Source: Bdellovibrionota bacterium
GTDB lineage: Bacteria; Bdellovibrionota; UBA1018; CAUJDS01
NCBI GenBank assembly: GCA_963169695.1
Contig: CAUJDS010000011.1
Location: forward strand, 121,499 to 185,498
DNA: 64,000 bases
Reading direction: 5' to 3'
In this document: one piece after another, positions 16,947 through 27,908 of the stretch
How positions within the stretch are numbered: the stretch's first letter is position 1
Layout: the number at the start of each line of letters is the position of its first letter
The notes under the pieces: generated by a model
Database searches by the model: none
What the model saw: the letters and a program-made list of their open reading frames with translations, nothing else
What the model was told of the DNA's origin: nothing
Program-made: the position numbers and the translations under genes

Positions 16947-18851
16947 CTAGTTTCCGACGCGAAACTCCAAGGCTTTTGAAGAACCTAAAGTCCCGGGCGG
17001 CTCTATTCCCACCCACTGGAAGCGCCCGGACATACCGACGAAGGATGGATCGTTTGGAATCGCAATCGACTGTTGAAGAAGGTGCAATCCGCCAGGGCTC
17101 GATCCCGTATAGTAGAGGTTAGAAAATACCGAAGGCACCATATGCATCCAAATTCCCATGATCTGAAAATCGAGAGGCACTTCTCCATAGTTCAGCCCAG
17201 CAATAGTATTGTCGGGCGCGTTGAGCCAGTTAATCGTGAGTGTCGAACCTGGCTTTGCAGTTCCCAAGGCTGATATTTCCATGGGACCCTCGGAAAGGGG
17301 GGACCCTGTTCCGACTTCCTGCAAGAGCGGATCACTGAGCGGATCTCCCATCAAATTCTTAAGAAGGGTCGCACCCACCGGGGTAGTCACCCCCGACATT
17401 GCAGGTCGCGTGTCGGGCACGAGAATCTCCCTTCGACCGTCAGCATTTAAATCCAGCAAAACCAATTGATCCGGTGAGGTTCGTCCCGGCCCGTAAAAAT
17501 AACTCGTAAAAGTAGAGAAACCTAGCCCCGTAATCCATCGTTTATAAGGAGCACCAAGGTCCGTTAGTACTGGCGCGCCAAGTCCATAAATAGCGCCCGG
17601 TCCTGAGCCGAGCCGAGTCCCGAAGGAGACAAGGACCTGTCCATTTTGAGTTCCGGTATTGCCGATCAACGCCTCCACATCATTAATGCCATCGCCATTA
17701 AAGTCCTCCACTTGCACACTTGGCATCTCTGCCGCTGCTCCGCTGTTTGGAATTGTGAGTGTGGTGAGTGTTCCGTTCTCAAAATACCCACTGGCATCGC
17801 CCTGATAAATTTCTAAAGTACTCTGCAGGCTATTGAGAGATTGAGAACGTTGAACGGCGAATACAAAATCTTCCGCATCATCTCCTACGACGTTTTTGAC
17901 CTCAAAGGCCTGAACACGACCCGCTACCGCTGCAATCTGATTGCCCACATGTGGGCTACCACTAGGGTACTGAAATGTCGGAGTTCCGCCCAGCGAAGAA
18001 GTGATCCGAAATTGCTCTACATAATTGTCAAAAATAGTCCAACCGATGAAACTTGCTTCTTCCTCAGCAATAAAAAGCCGATCCATTGAACCATCCCCAT
18101 CGTCATCCTTCCACTCCAAATCCAATGGCGTGCGATGAGGAGGAAGAACAATAGCCAAGGGCGGAAGCTGTACGCCTCCTGATCCATCGCCTAGGTAGAC
18201 AAAAAGGGGATTTGAATTGGAGGTTCCACTTCCTAAGTTAGCGACCGTAGAAGCAATGACAATGTCCAAATGACCGTCTCGATTGACATCCACCAAAGAG
18301 ATCATAGGGCATAGAAGTCCGGCTGAGTTCGTAATTGGCAACGTATAGTTGAGACTGTGGCCCATCACTTCGACAGTCCGCGCTGGTGCGAATGCGACTT
18401 GTTTGCGTTCATAGGCCGCCTGAGCATTGATATTAAGCTGAATTCGAAGCGTACCGTCCGCGTGCAAGAAGACGAGATCATCCAGTTGATCCCCATTGAG
18501 ATCGCCCACTCCGGCCCTGATTTGTGGAGGTGCGGCCACACGTATCAAATCATTACGTACGGTCTGAAAAGAAGGCTCAAAATTGAAGAGCGATCCATCG
18601 CTCTGAAAAAGTAAAATGCGATTTTGAAAACCACTAGAACTTGAACTGCCAGTCATAAGTGGAATCAATAGGTCATCGACAGAATCCAAGTTGAAGCGGC
18701 CGACCACGGCACCATTGATCCCGGCATACGAAATCGGAAAATGCCGCGGCAACTCATAATTAGGAACTTGAGCCGAAGCCAAACCAATAGAAAAAAACAG
18801 AACCCCTAAATAGTTTCCCCAAACCATCCCAAAAATCCCCCTAACACCCAC
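16947..18851 (-). CDS. Secreted FG-GAP/VCBS-repeat protein
   Basis: Signal peptide 'VLFFSIGLASAQV'. There are multiple Ca-binding FG-GAP-like loops: 'DLNGDQLDDLVFL', 'DVNRDGHLDIVIAS', 'DFNGDGINDVEAL' and 'DLNADGRREILV'. Confidence 0.7.
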   Translation of the reverse strand: MGVRGIFGMVWGNYLGVLFFSIGLASAQVPNYELPRHFPISYAGINGAVVGRFNLDSVDDLLIPLMTGSSSSSGFQNRILLFQSDGSLFNFEPSFQTVRNDLIRVAAPPQIRAGVGDLNGDQLDDLVFLHADGTLRIQLNINAQAAYERKQVAFAPARTVEVMGHSLNYTLPITNSAGLLCPMISLVDVNRDGHLDIVIASTVANLGSGTSNSNPLFVYLGDGSGGVQLPPLAIVLPPHRTPLDLEWKDDDGDGSMDRLFIAEEEASFIGWTIFDNYVEQFRITSSLGGTPTFQYPSGSPHVGNQIAAVAGRVQAFEVKNVVGDDAEDFVFAVQRSQSLNSLQSTLEIYQGDASGYFENGTLTTLTIPNSGAAAEMPSVQVEDFNGDGINDVEALIGNTGTQNGQVLVSFGTRLGSGPGAIYGLGAPVLTDLGAPYKRWITGLGFSTFTSYFYGPGRTSPDQLVLLDLNADGRREILVPDTRPAMSGVTTPVGATLLKNLMGDPLSDPLLQEVGTGSPLSEGPMEISALGTAKPGSTLTINWLNAPDNTIAGLNYGEVPLDFQIMGIWMHMVPSVFSNLYYTGSSPGGLHLLQQSIAIPNDPSFVGMSGRFQWVGIEPPGTLGSSKALEFRVGN

Positions 18852-18923
18852 CTAAGGCCGTACCAAAGGAATCGACCGTCGTCAAATTGCAGGAAAAACT
18901 TTCACACTCTTTTTATTGAAACT

Positions 18924-20207
18924 TTGGCTAACCTTTTTTCTTCATTGCTTGAAACGCTAAGCTCGCAATACAACTTAGGAATATTCATGAAGAAACCTCA
19001 AATAGCTTACCTACTTGTTTTTGCTTTCCTCGCATTCTTATTGTCCTTGCGTGTAACCCTTACCTTTTTTGAACACAGCACCTATGTACCGACTGATTTT
19101 CGCACATATTGGCTTACTTCGGAGCGATTGACTCAGGGTGCATCACTCTATGTACCGTCAGACAGTTCTCCTTATAAATACTCTCCGGCCTTTGCGATGC
19201 TCTTTAGAGGAAGCTTCTTTGTTCTTCCTCAACCGCTGGCCATCTACCTTTGGTCGATCCTTTCTATTGCATTGTACTTAAGTGGCTTGGCTTTATTGGT
19301 TCATCGGACACTAAGAGATTCAAAACCTACTTTATTTTCGATTGCGGTATTTTCACTTTCGATGGCGCTTTCTTGGAGAGGAATCCTTGAGACATTAGCG
19401 TACGGGCAGATTGATTTGATCGTGGGTGGTGTGTTCTTGGTTTTGAGTATCGGAGCGCTTCGACCATCCCAGCGATCTTACACGCAAGGAATAGCCAATG
19501 CGCTTCTGTGGACTTTTTTGCTTTTAGTCAAACCCCAGTTGGGACTAAGCTTCCCCGCGTTTGCGTGGATCTTGGGTTTGAGATTTGTTATTCAAGTTAC
19601 AGGCTTCACAGTGCTTGCTTATTCAATTCCATTTATTGTCCTAGGTCCTTCGAAAGGATGGAACCAGCTTTTGGAATGGATTCACTGTCTCCAAATTCAA
19701 CAAACACCAGCTTTCATTGCTGGGAGCCTCAATCAATCTCTTGCGGCTACCCTTGCCAGGACCTTCCAAAGTCTGGAGAGTGTGGGATGGATGACAACTG
19801 CGGGGTGTTTCATGCACCTTGGAATTTTTTTGGTCTATGTCCTTCAGAGCATCAATCACAGAAAGAGGAAGCAAGGCGCATTCTCTACGGAAGATCGCTT
19901 CATCCTTTTAGGCTGGGGGCTAGGAGGATACCTTCTTTTCTCGCCGCTTAGCTGGAGGTGGTTCAACCTTTTCTGGCCACCTCTCGTGCTTTTCTTAGTG
20001 AGCGCGGGAAGAGGCCGAGTTGCAGCAATCAGTTGGGCGATTTTAGGAGTACTTTCTTGGGGTGGCTTATGGCGATTACTCAGCATAGACACCCACGACT
20101 TCGTCAGCCTGAGCGGATTTCAAACGTGGGCCAATCTCTCACTCTACCTTGGATTTCTTTGGATCATCCTACCACGACGTTCACTAGCTTATCGGGCACG
20201 ACAATAA
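18924..20207 (+). CDS. Polytopic membrane protein, possibly a GT-C-type glycosyltransferase (DUF2029/GT87-like)
   Basis: At least 9 predicted TM helices. It lies next to the GT2 gene and the FG-GAP surface protein. Its 3' end overlaps the convergent leuS by ~44 bp. Confidence 0.45.
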   Translation: MANLFSSLLETLSSQYNLGIFMKKPQIAYLLVFAFLAFLLSLRVTLTFFEHSTYVPTDFRTYWLTSERLTQGASLYVPSDSSPYKYSPAFAMLFRGSFFVLPQPLAIYLWSILSIALYLSGLALLVHRTLRDSKPTLFSIAVFSLSMALSWRGILETLAYGQIDLIVGGVFLVLSIGALRPSQRSYTQGIANALLWTFLLLVKPQLGLSFPAFAWILGLRFVIQVTGFTVLAYSIPFIVLGPSKGWNQLLEWIHCLQIQQTPAFIAGSLNQSLAATLARTFQSLESVGWMTTAGCFMHLGIFLVYVLQSINHRKRKQGAFSTEDRFILLGWGLGGYLLFSPLSWRWFNLFWPPLVLFLVSAGRGRVAAISWAILGVLSWGGLWRLLSIDTHDFVSLSGFQTWANLSLYLGFLWIILPRRSLAYRARQ

Positions 20208-22701
20208 CCTTCTTGGGTTTTTTCCCATCCAAATGCCGCTGAATGCGTTCGTCTTCAAAAGCCAACTTCTCCAACGCAGCTTTGTCCAATCCCTTTGGAA
20301 CTTCCAAATCTCCTCGCTTTTTTCCGTTGATCATCAATACCAAGGTAGTGGTGGATTCCACCAACAAAGAAGGATCAAAAATCGGCCAATGCTCTCTGCA
20401 AATCAGTTCGGAATGTCCAAGTCGCTCCCAAATCTCTTCCGACAAATGAGGGGCATAGGGTGCCAAGACTTTCAGAAAAAGCTCCAGCGTTTCTTGCGAA
20501 AAGTGCGCACCCTTTGTTGCCTCATTGACGAAGATCATCATTTGCGAAATCCCCGTATTGAAATGCAATCCTTCAATGTCTTCCGAGACTTTTTTGATCG
20601 TCTGGTGCAAGAGCTTCCAAAGCGCGGCGTCGGAAGATCCAGGGAGCTTCTTGATTTTTGCACTCAATTGACCCGTCTCTTCATCCACTGCCAGTCGCCA
20701 GACTCGAGACAGAAATCGATAGACGCCCTCAACGCCTTCTGTTTGCCAGGGCTTCGTAGCATCCAAGGGCCCCATAAACATCTCATACAAACGTAAAGCA
20801 TCGGCGCCATACTGATCAATGACATCATCGGGATTGACGACATTGTTTTTAGACTTGGACATTTTTTCGACTTGAGACTTGAGTTTCTCTCCCGTTGATT
20901 TGAGAACGGGGCCGCCGGTTTCGTTACGGACTTCGCTAGGATGAAAATACTTTCCACGCGCATCTTGATAGCTATAGCTCAAGATCATCCCTTGATTAAA
21001 AAGGCCCTGAAATGGCTCTTTCGTGCTAACGAGCCCGCAATCAAATAGTACTTTATGCCAGAAGCGAGAATACAGAAGGTGCAATACGGCATGCTCAACT
21101 CCACCAATATAGAGATCCACTGGCATCCAGTATTTCTCGAGTTCGGGCTCCCACGCTTTCCGAGCATTTTTGGCGTCGAGATAACGAAGGTAGTACCAAC
21201 ACGATCCCGCCCACTGAGGCATGGTATTGGTTTCTCGAATTCCCTTTCGACCATCAGGGAGAGTCACTTCTAACCACTTTTTGCCAGCACGTCCCAATGG
21301 AGGTTTGCCATCTTCCGTAGGCTTGTATTCATCTACAGGCGGCAGTTCCACTGGCAAAGCATCGTCGGGCAATCTTACCACTTCACCGTTTTCCAAATGA
21401 ACTAACGGAAAAGGCTCACCCCAATAACGTTGACGAGAAAAAAGCCAATCTCGCAACCGGTACTGCACCTTGCGCTGACCTAGCTTTTGTTTCTCCAAGT
21501 GCTGAATCATTTTTTCTTTAGCTTGAGCAACGGGCATGCCGTTCAAAAAATCAGACTGGACGAGTTTGCCTTCGCCAGTGAAGGCTGAGTCTTCCACGGA
21601 CACCTGCCCGCCACATACGACTTCCAAAATCGGCAATTCGTATTGCTTGGCAAAGGCATGATCGCGCTCATCATGCCCTGGCACCGCCATAATGGCGCCA
21701 GTCCCGTATCCCATTAAGACGTAATCGGCGATCCAAATAGGTAGCTTTTGCTTTGTCAAAGGATGAAGTGCAAATCCGCCGGTAAAAACGCCTGTTTTGG
21801 AGTCACTTCGATCCGCGTCTGACTGTTTTTTGGACGCCTCTACAAAATCCCGCACCGCCTGCTTTTGAGCAGGAGAAGTAATCACTGCAACCAGTGGGTG
21901 TTCGGGCGCTAGGACGCAATAGGTGGCGCCAAAAAGCGTGTCCGGCCGAGTGGTAAAAATTTCGAGAGACTGCGAAGGATGACCTTGGATTCCAAACTGA
22001 ACCAAAGCCCCTTCGGATTTGCCAATCCAGTAGCGCTGCATTTCTTTGACAGGCTCTGGCCATTGAAGGTCATCGAGGTCAGTAAGCAACCGCTCGGCAT
22101 AGGAGGTGATTCGTAGCATCCATTGCTTCATGATGCGCTTTTCAACGACATCGCCTGTTTCGACATAGACGCCGTCTTTGACTTCTTCATTGGCAAGTAC
22201 GGTGCTGAGCGCGGGACACCAATTCACGGGAATATCGGCAAGATAGGCGAGACCTCTGTCATACAGCTTCAGAAAAATCCACTGCGTCCAACGATAGTAG
22301 TCGGCAGATGAGGTATCCACCTCGCGGTCCCAATCATAACTAAAGCCCAGACGCCGAATCTGCTTTCGAAAATTATCCACATTGCGTTTGGTAATAATCG
22401 CAGGATGAAGGTTCTCCCGCACTGCCGCGCGTTCCGCAGGTAATCCAAAGGCGTCCCACCCCATTGGATGAAGCACATTGAAGCCCTTGGCTCGCTTATA
22501 GCGACAATAAATATCCGTCGCTGTGTAACCTTCCGGATGTCCCACGTGTAAGCCGGCACCCGAGGGATACGGAAACATATCCAAGACATAACACTTGGGC
22601 TTGTCTCCCAATTCCGCTAGCGTTTGAGGGGTCCGAAAAGCCTTTTCAGATTCCCAGCGATCTTGCCACTTGGGCTCTAAGGAGGAAGGTTGATATTGCA
22701 T
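20164..22701 (-). CDS. leuS: Leucyl-tRNA synthetase
   Basis: '[47 protein letters not shown]' gives the HIGH region. '[15 protein letters not shown]' gives the KMSKS motif. Confidence 0.95.
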   Translation of the reverse strand: MQYQPSSLEPKWQDRWESEKAFRTPQTLAELGDKPKCYVLDMFPYPSGAGLHVGHPEGYTATDIYCRYKRAKGFNVLHPMGWDAFGLPAERAAVRENLHPAIITKRNVDNFRKQIRRLGFSYDWDREVDTSSADYYRWTQWIFLKLYDRGLAYLADIPVNWCPALSTVLANEEVKDGVYVETGDVVEKRIMKQWMLRITSYAERLLTDLDDLQWPEPVKEMQRYWIGKSEGALVQFGIQGHPSQSLEIFTTRPDTLFGATYCVLAPEHPLVAVITSPAQKQAVRDFVEASKKQSDADRSDSKTGVFTGGFALHPLTKQKLPIWIADYVLMGYGTGAIMAVPGHDERDHAFAKQYELPILEVVCGGQVSVEDSAFTGEGKLVQSDFLNGMPVAQAKEKMIQHLEKQKLGQRKVQYRLRDWLFSRQRYWGEPFPLVHLENGEVVRLPDDALPVELPPVDEYKPTEDGKPPLGRAGKKWLEVTLPDGRKGIRETNTMPQWAGSCWYYLRYLDAKNARKAWEPELEKYWMPVDLYIGGVEHAVLHLLYSRFWHKVLFDCGLVSTKEPFQGLFNQGMILSYSYQDARGKYFHPSEVRNETGGPVLKSTGEKLKSQVEKMSKSKNNVVNPDDVIDQYGADALRLYEMFMGPLDATKPWQTEGVEGVYRFLSRVWRLAVDEETGQLSAKIKKLPGSSDAALWKLLHQTIKKVSEDIEGLHFNTGISQMMIFVNEATKGAHFSQETLELFLKVLAPYAPHLSEEIWERLGHSELICREHWPIFDPSLLVESTTTLVLMINGKKRGDLEVPKGLDKAALEKLAFEDERIQRHLDGKKPKKVIVVPDKLVNVVVG

Positions 22702-22739
22702 GGCCGCATGATACGAAGGGTCAGACCGTTTTTCAACCT

Positions 22740-23555
22740 ATGAACCTAAGAATCCTCTACGAAGATGCGCATTTAGTCGCTGTGGATAAACCCGCGGGAC
22801 TCCACTCTGTCCCCCCAGAAGACCCGAGGATTCGAGTCTCCCAGACCTGCATGAAGAACCTACGCAACCAGCTGGGGCACTGGGTCTATCCCATTCACCG
22901 CCTGGATCGAGCCACTTCGGGCATCTTACTCTTCGCCAAATCCTCGGAGGCTGCTCGAGGATATGCGGAGCTATTTCAGCGGCGCGAAATCACCAAGTCC
23001 TATATTGCGGCCGTGCGAGGCTGGACACCCGACGAAGGGCTCTGGGACTCCCCCCTTCGCAAGGATGATCGACCCGAATACGTGGAAGCTCGAACCCACT
23101 ACCGCACACTGGTGAAGACAGAACTCCCCCATCCAGTTGGGCGGTATGCAACGGCACGCTATTCGCTTTTAGAGATTCAACCCGAGACGGGACGGCGCAA
23201 CCAAATCCGCCGCCACAGCAATCGGGCATCCCATCCGATTCTAGGGGATTCGCATTATGGCGATCGGCAACACAACCTCTTTTTGAAGCAGACGCTTCTG
23301 ATGCAAGGCATGTTTCTCAATGCACACGAAGTCCGATTTGTGCATCCCGAATCGGGTGGCCCCATCATCATTCGTAGCCAATGGACGCATCGATGGCATC
23401 AGCTCTTTGAGCTATTTGGCTATTGTCCGTGGAATTCTGGATTTGTCAGAGATCGAGAAAAAGTCCCAGCCCCAACACTGCCGTCAGAAAGTACGGAACA
23501 AGACTCGCCGCTCCCGCATAATCCTTGGCAAGGCGTTGCCCAGCAAAGAGCATAA
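22740..23555 (+). CDS. truC: RluA-family pseudouridine synthase (TruC-like)
   Basis: 'LVAVDKPAGLHSVP' and the catalytic 'HRLDRATSGILLFAKS' are present. The length is TruC-like, with a non-conserved C-terminal tail. Confidence 0.8.
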   Translation: MNLRILYEDAHLVAVDKPAGLHSVPPEDPRIRVSQTCMKNLRNQLGHWVYPIHRLDRATSGILLFAKSSEAARGYAELFQRREITKSYIAAVRGWTPDEGLWDSPLRKDDRPEYVEARTHYRTLVKTELPHPVGRYATARYSLLEIQPETGRRNQIRRHSNRASHPILGDSHYGDRQHNLFLKQTLLMQGMFLNAHEVRFVHPESGGPIIIRSQWTHRWHQLFELFGYCPWNSGFVRDREKVPAPTLPSESTEQDSPLPHNPWQGVAQQRA

Positions 23556-23907
23556 CGAGGTTGAGTGCGGAAAGCTCAAGTCCATAGAGCGCCAATCCTG
23601 CCTGTTCAAAAAACAGCAACGACAGAAAACCCACTGCACAAAGTATCCCAGCCGCTAGCTCTGTCAGCGTAATCACACCAAACATCCATCCAACCTGATT
23701 TTTCAGCGGACTCTTAGAAAAATGCTGAGTTAGATATTCCAAATTGCCTTTTCGGTCGATGACCTTATCAACCCCTGACTGGAGAAATAAAATGGCAAAG
23801 AACAAAACAAAGAGAAGGTGTGCTGGCTTCAAATAAATGACATTTTGTAAGAATTGCAAAATGGCCAGCGTATCAAAGCACTCGCCAGGGGACAAGGTCT
23901 CCCCCAA
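23446..23907 (-). CDS. DoxX-family membrane protein
   Basis: Four TM helices. 'LLFVLFFAILFLQSGVDKVIDRKGNLEY' is DoxX-like. Confidence 0.65.
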   Translation of the reverse strand: MGETLSPGECFDTLAILQFLQNVIYLKPAHLLFVLFFAILFLQSGVDKVIDRKGNLEYLTQHFSKSPLKNQVGWMFGVITLTELAAGILCAVGFLSLLFFEQAGLALYGLELSALNLVMLFAGQRLAKDYAGAASLVPYFLTAVLGLGLFLDL

Positions 23908-23916
23908 TGTTACTTG

Positions 23917-25446
23917 CTAGGGCGAGGCCGCTCTACCAGGACTGGCGAGACTGATTGGCGTATAATTCACACTCAGCGAAAACTGATCGTTCGGTGATTC
24001 CTTCTGAAACGAAACTTCACTAGAAAACACCAAACACGATTCTTGGACTGTAAAATCACTCCCCATGGTCAGAGGGCGCTGTTGCAAAATAACCCCGGCA
24101 GCATTCTTAAGCACATAAAGTACTTCAACCACCTGATTGGGATCAGGGGTGTAACTCAGGCATAGCTGGTTGAGTGAAGCCTTCACTTGTTTTTCTAAGT
24201 CCTCTAAGACACTCGAAAAGACATTTTCGGCTCCGATATCGTAAGAAAAATGCGGAACCGAACTATCGCTCGAAATCGCCCGCAGGAGAATGGGAGCCGT
24301 GCGATAGAAATTATGCGCACCAGCATTTCCGCGATAGACGGGGTTCGTCAATGAAGCCCCCTCAGCAACTCCTGTGGCCTGCCACCGAGCAAGTAGCGCC
24401 TCGGTGGAGGTACCTTCATCGGGTCGATAGTCTCCATCCAAAACCAGACCCAACCAAGTGCGCAGGTCTTTGACGCTCACAGCAAAGTGAAGTGGCCGAA
24501 TGGATTGCGCCCTTAAGTTAGCGTGGAGCTGAGAGAAAAAGCTAGCGTAGTTCATGCCAATAAATTCAGGTCTACTAAGATCGGCGCGCCCACTATTGGC
24601 CCAACCGCCGAGATAGTAAGAATAGGCAATACCAGGAAACGGCTCCACCAAGGTAGCGGTGTTATTTAAGTGAGTGACTGCATTTTCAAAGTAAGATGCG
24701 GAATCTGGAGTCTCTGCGGATATATCGTCTTCGTCGGTGACGGTGAGCGTAGCAAAGGTAGAACCCGATGGACAAAACTCCTGGCCCTGATTGAGATCAT
24801 TGTACAAATAATTCTCCGCAAAGTACCTCATGGATTCCATGGGACGCTCGCTTCCTGAATTTAAATTCTTTGGTATCACCTCAGCAAATGCATCATTAAA
24901 TTCTCTTTGAAGGGCAACAAGATCTTTGAGTTCACCACTTTCGTCCAACGTACGAATGATCGCACTTACATGAGGAACCTTGGCCGGATTAACTCCTGAT
25001 GCCAAGCCCAAAGTTGCCAAGACTGAGGTCCATGCCGAATTAGAATACGGTGCCCCGTAAGTAACAGATGGATCATAAGAATGGGTCCAAGCATTGATGC
25101 CGAGGTAGCGGTCGACCCAGAGGTTGGTTGGAACCAATATAAATTGCCAGTCAAGGACGCGCTTATTCGTAACGCTTAGCCCATCATTGGACTCTGCGGA
25201 AGCCTGATAGAGCTCAGTGAAAAAATTACTAAGGGCTGATTGAAGTTCTTGCCTGTGCGGATCCATGCTTCCTGAATTATCAAAGTTCAGTACGATGCAC
25301 GCTCGCGGTGTCAGGCTTTGCTGCTTTAAAAAACTGGATTCATCGAATAGCTGAGTCTGCTCTAGAGGAGAAAATACAGACCGCCCCGTGCATCCCGATA
25401 AAACGAAAACCACCCCTAGGTATAAAAAACAACGATAACGGGTCAT
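23917..25446 (-). CDS. Lipoprotein with a vWA-like (MIDAS) N-terminal motif
   Basis: Lipobox 'FVLSGC'. 'CIVLNFDNSGSMD' resembles the vWA DxSxS motif. Confidence 0.45.
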   Translation of the reverse strand: MTRYRCFLYLGVVFVLSGCTGRSVFSPLEQTQLFDESSFLKQQSLTPRACIVLNFDNSGSMDPHRQELQSALSNFFTELYQASAESNDGLSVTNKRVLDWQFILVPTNLWVDRYLGINAWTHSYDPSVTYGAPYSNSAWTSVLATLGLASGVNPAKVPHVSAIIRTLDESGELKDLVALQREFNDAFAEVIPKNLNSGSERPMESMRYFAENYLYNDLNQGQEFCPSGSTFATLTVTDEDDISAETPDSASYFENAVTHLNNTATLVEPFPGIAYSYYLGGWANSGRADLSRPEFIGMNYASFFSQLHANLRAQSIRPLHFAVSVKDLRTWLGLVLDGDYRPDEGTSTEALLARWQATGVAEGASLTNPVYRGNAGAHNFYRTAPILLRAISSDSSVPHFSYDIGAENVFSSVLEDLEKQVKASLNQLCLSYTPDPNQVVEVLYVLKNAAGVILQQRPLTMGSDFTVQESCLVFSSEVSFQKESPNDQFSLSVNYTPISLASPGRAASP

Positions 25447-25611
25447 CTGAATACGGCCCCCTAAAACCCCTTAAAACTAACCACTAAAGAAGCAAGGTCT
25501 GGACCGTTTGGTAATACGCTAGGCATTTCAAAGGGATACAATGCGGCATGTCAATGCAAAGTGGAGAAGTCCTGGACAAGGGCCGATTTTGGTCACTAGA
25601 CTGGCTATCGA

Positions 25612-27069
25612 ATGAAAAAGAAACCCTCGCTCCGGCCTTCCGCGTGGATTTGGCTGGGCTACTTCCTACTCGCGGGTTTGGCCGCGCTTCCCCTTTTGAC
25701 CAATACCAAGGCCATCGCTCACCACTGCTACAATGCAGTGGATTTTTCGATCTATCAGCAGGCTATTTTCGACATTGGCCCGGGCAATTGGAATCCCTTC
25801 CTTACCATCCGGGACGTAAGAATTTTCAACGACCACTTTGATCCCATCCTTCTCCTTGCTTCGGGGTTTCTGGTGGTCATAGGAAAGGGCTACTTTCAGA
25901 TCCTGCTCTTTGAATGGATGGTCTATCTCGCACTTGGGCTGAGCATCTTTTGGGTCAATCGAAGGGACGGTGGCTCAGACCGTGAAGGCATTCTCTATTT
26001 ACTCTGTTTTTTGGGCACCAAATTTATTTTATTTTCGATGCTCTATCCTGTTCATCCAACCACCTGGGCAATGCTGCCCTTATTTTGGTTAGGCATTTTT
26101 CTTCGAGACAAAAACGACCGAGGCGTGGTTTTGATCTCACTCCTACTCTGCTTCTTTAAAGAAACCTATGCCTTCGCGCTTTTGCCTTTGGGGATCTTTC
26201 TCGCAGTCCGTAAGCCCAGAAAAACGGGTCTTAGCGTAGTGGCGATTAGCGGCTTCTTTGTGATCTTTGAGCTTTTCATCAGAAAACTTCTCTTCGGCAA
26301 AACCGTCGATTACTCCGGAAATATGGCGGCCCCTCTCCTCAGTCATCCTTTCCTCTATCTCACGAGCCAAATCGCTTCATTCGAATGGATAGGCTTTTTG
26401 AAATCGAGCTTTCCGTTTCTTGCTTTATTGGGCTTCTCTTTCTACCTAAAAAAACGGACCAAAAAGTCCGCGTCGCCTCCGTTCTGGATACTGGCCTACT
26501 CACTTCCATTTTGGGGTCTGCTTTTTATCCAAATCGTCCATGGCAAAATCAACTATCAATACGGCGCACAGTTTGGTGGAATTTTTTTAGCGATGGCCGT
26601 AGGACTCAAGGTTTTTCGGTCGATGGAAAAGAAGCAAGTCTGGGTGTTTTTGATCTTTTTCCTATTGTCCGCAATGGGCACCTATACACGCGCTTTCAAA
26701 CTTCTATTGAACAACCAAGGTACCTGCACCATTTCTGAAATCAAGAATCAAGAAGCAGAACAAATTGAAACAATCCTACACAGCCTCAGTCCGGAAGAAT
26801 CCGTTCTCTCAACGGGAGGTGCTATTCCACGGTTGCTTGAACCCAATCGCAAGTTCTATCATTTTATGGGATCCGGCTGGGTTCAGCCACGCTACGATTA
26901 CCTACTCCTCGAGAAAAACAGAAGTGGTGATCTCTACCCCGCCAAACCCAAAGAAGTTGCTCTAGCCTATCAGTACTGCAAACCAAGCGCGTCTCAGATT
27001 TTCGTAGATTCTGAGTACTTCTTTTTTGCGAGGGGATCTTTTAGCAAATGCTTGAAGGGCTTCTATTAA
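25612..27069 (+). CDS. Polytopic integral membrane protein (at least 10 TM), function unknown
   Basis: Hydrophobicity pattern only. It may be a GT-C/ArnT-like transferase. Confidence 0.45.
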   Translation: MKKKPSLRPSAWIWLGYFLLAGLAALPLLTNTKAIAHHCYNAVDFSIYQQAIFDIGPGNWNPFLTIRDVRIFNDHFDPILLLASGFLVVIGKGYFQILLFEWMVYLALGLSIFWVNRRDGGSDREGILYLLCFLGTKFILFSMLYPVHPTTWAMLPLFWLGIFLRDKNDRGVVLISLLLCFFKETYAFALLPLGIFLAVRKPRKTGLSVVAISGFFVIFELFIRKLLFGKTVDYSGNMAAPLLSHPFLYLTSQIASFEWIGFLKSSFPFLALLGFSFYLKKRTKKSASPPFWILAYSLPFWGLLFIQIVHGKINYQYGAQFGGIFLAMAVGLKVFRSMEKKQVWVFLIFFLLSAMGTYTRAFKLLLNNQGTCTISEIKNQEAEQIETILHSLSPEESVLSTGGAIPRLLEPNRKFYHFMGSGWVQPRYDYLLLEKNRSGDLYPAKPKEVALAYQYCKPSASQIFVDSEYFFFARGSFSKCLKGFY

Positions 27070-27710
27070 ATGCCTTTTGGCGCTTGGACAATTACAGGGT
27101 CCTTAGTCCCCTGGTCTCGTACGCCAATCGAAATTTCGTCCACACTGTTCGATTCGCCATCCAGGGCAAACGGGATCGGTGATTTATTTCCATCGGCATC
27201 CACCAGAGCCCATTGCATTTGAGTTTGCTGCAACCCTTCTGTGATTCCGTCATTGAGTACTTCGAGTGTCATACCCACCTTTGTATCTCCAGCAGCTAAT
27301 CGAATCCCAATTCGATTGGCTAGGGCATCAAACACCAGCCCCTCTCCGGCAATAAGAGCCCTAAAGTTTCTAACATTCAACGCAGCTTGATCCTTGAACT
27401 CCAAATAAATCATGGAATGATCCGCCACTGTTTCATCCCCTAATTCGATATTCAGCTGGAATTGATCACCCTCTACAAGACTGCTCATAAAAGCGCGGGT
27501 ACCTTGAGGTACCTGTTCCAGTCTGGGATAAGTCAGTGCTTTCACTCGAATCATTTTTTGATCTTGGCTGCAACAAGGTGGATCCACCGCAAGCAAATTT
27601 GACTGTAAATTGATATCAATGCCGTTCAACCCTTGACTACAACCCGCCAAGCTTGAAAGAAACGCCAGCCCAAAAGAAAAATCACGAAGTCTGTTTCGAT
27701 TCATTTTCAT
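27066..27710 (-). CDS. Lipoprotein, function unknown
   Basis: Lipobox 'SLAGC' follows a signal sequence. Confidence 0.5.
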   Translation of the reverse strand: MKMNRNRLRDFSFGLAFLSSLAGCSQGLNGIDINLQSNLLAVDPPCCSQDQKMIRVKALTYPRLEQVPQGTRAFMSSLVEGDQFQLNIELGDETVADHSMIYLEFKDQAALNVRNFRALIAGEGLVFDALANRIGIRLAAGDTKVGMTLEVLNDGITEGLQQTQMQWALVDADGNKSPIPFALDGESNSVDEISIGVRDQGTKDPVIVQAPKGI

Positions 27711-27908
27711 CCCTTAAAAACCCCGATAACCCAAAGTTAAATTTCCAATAGTATATCCGTGCAGAAACCATGCCCAAAGACCTTCTAATCATTTAGCCGA
27801 GTTGCAAAGACACAGGCTGACAAAGAATGTCCTCCGGCTAAGCAGTGCTGATTCTTTAGACAGGAAGGGAAGTGCACACCACCTTTGAATGGCACCTCTG
27901 GACGGTAC

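Noticed and set aside
25548-25841. 97-aa ORF overlapping the start of the 25612..27069 membrane-protein gene
   Set aside because: It is out of frame with the better-supported long ORF and its product is not membrane-like. It probably reflects only the upstream leader.
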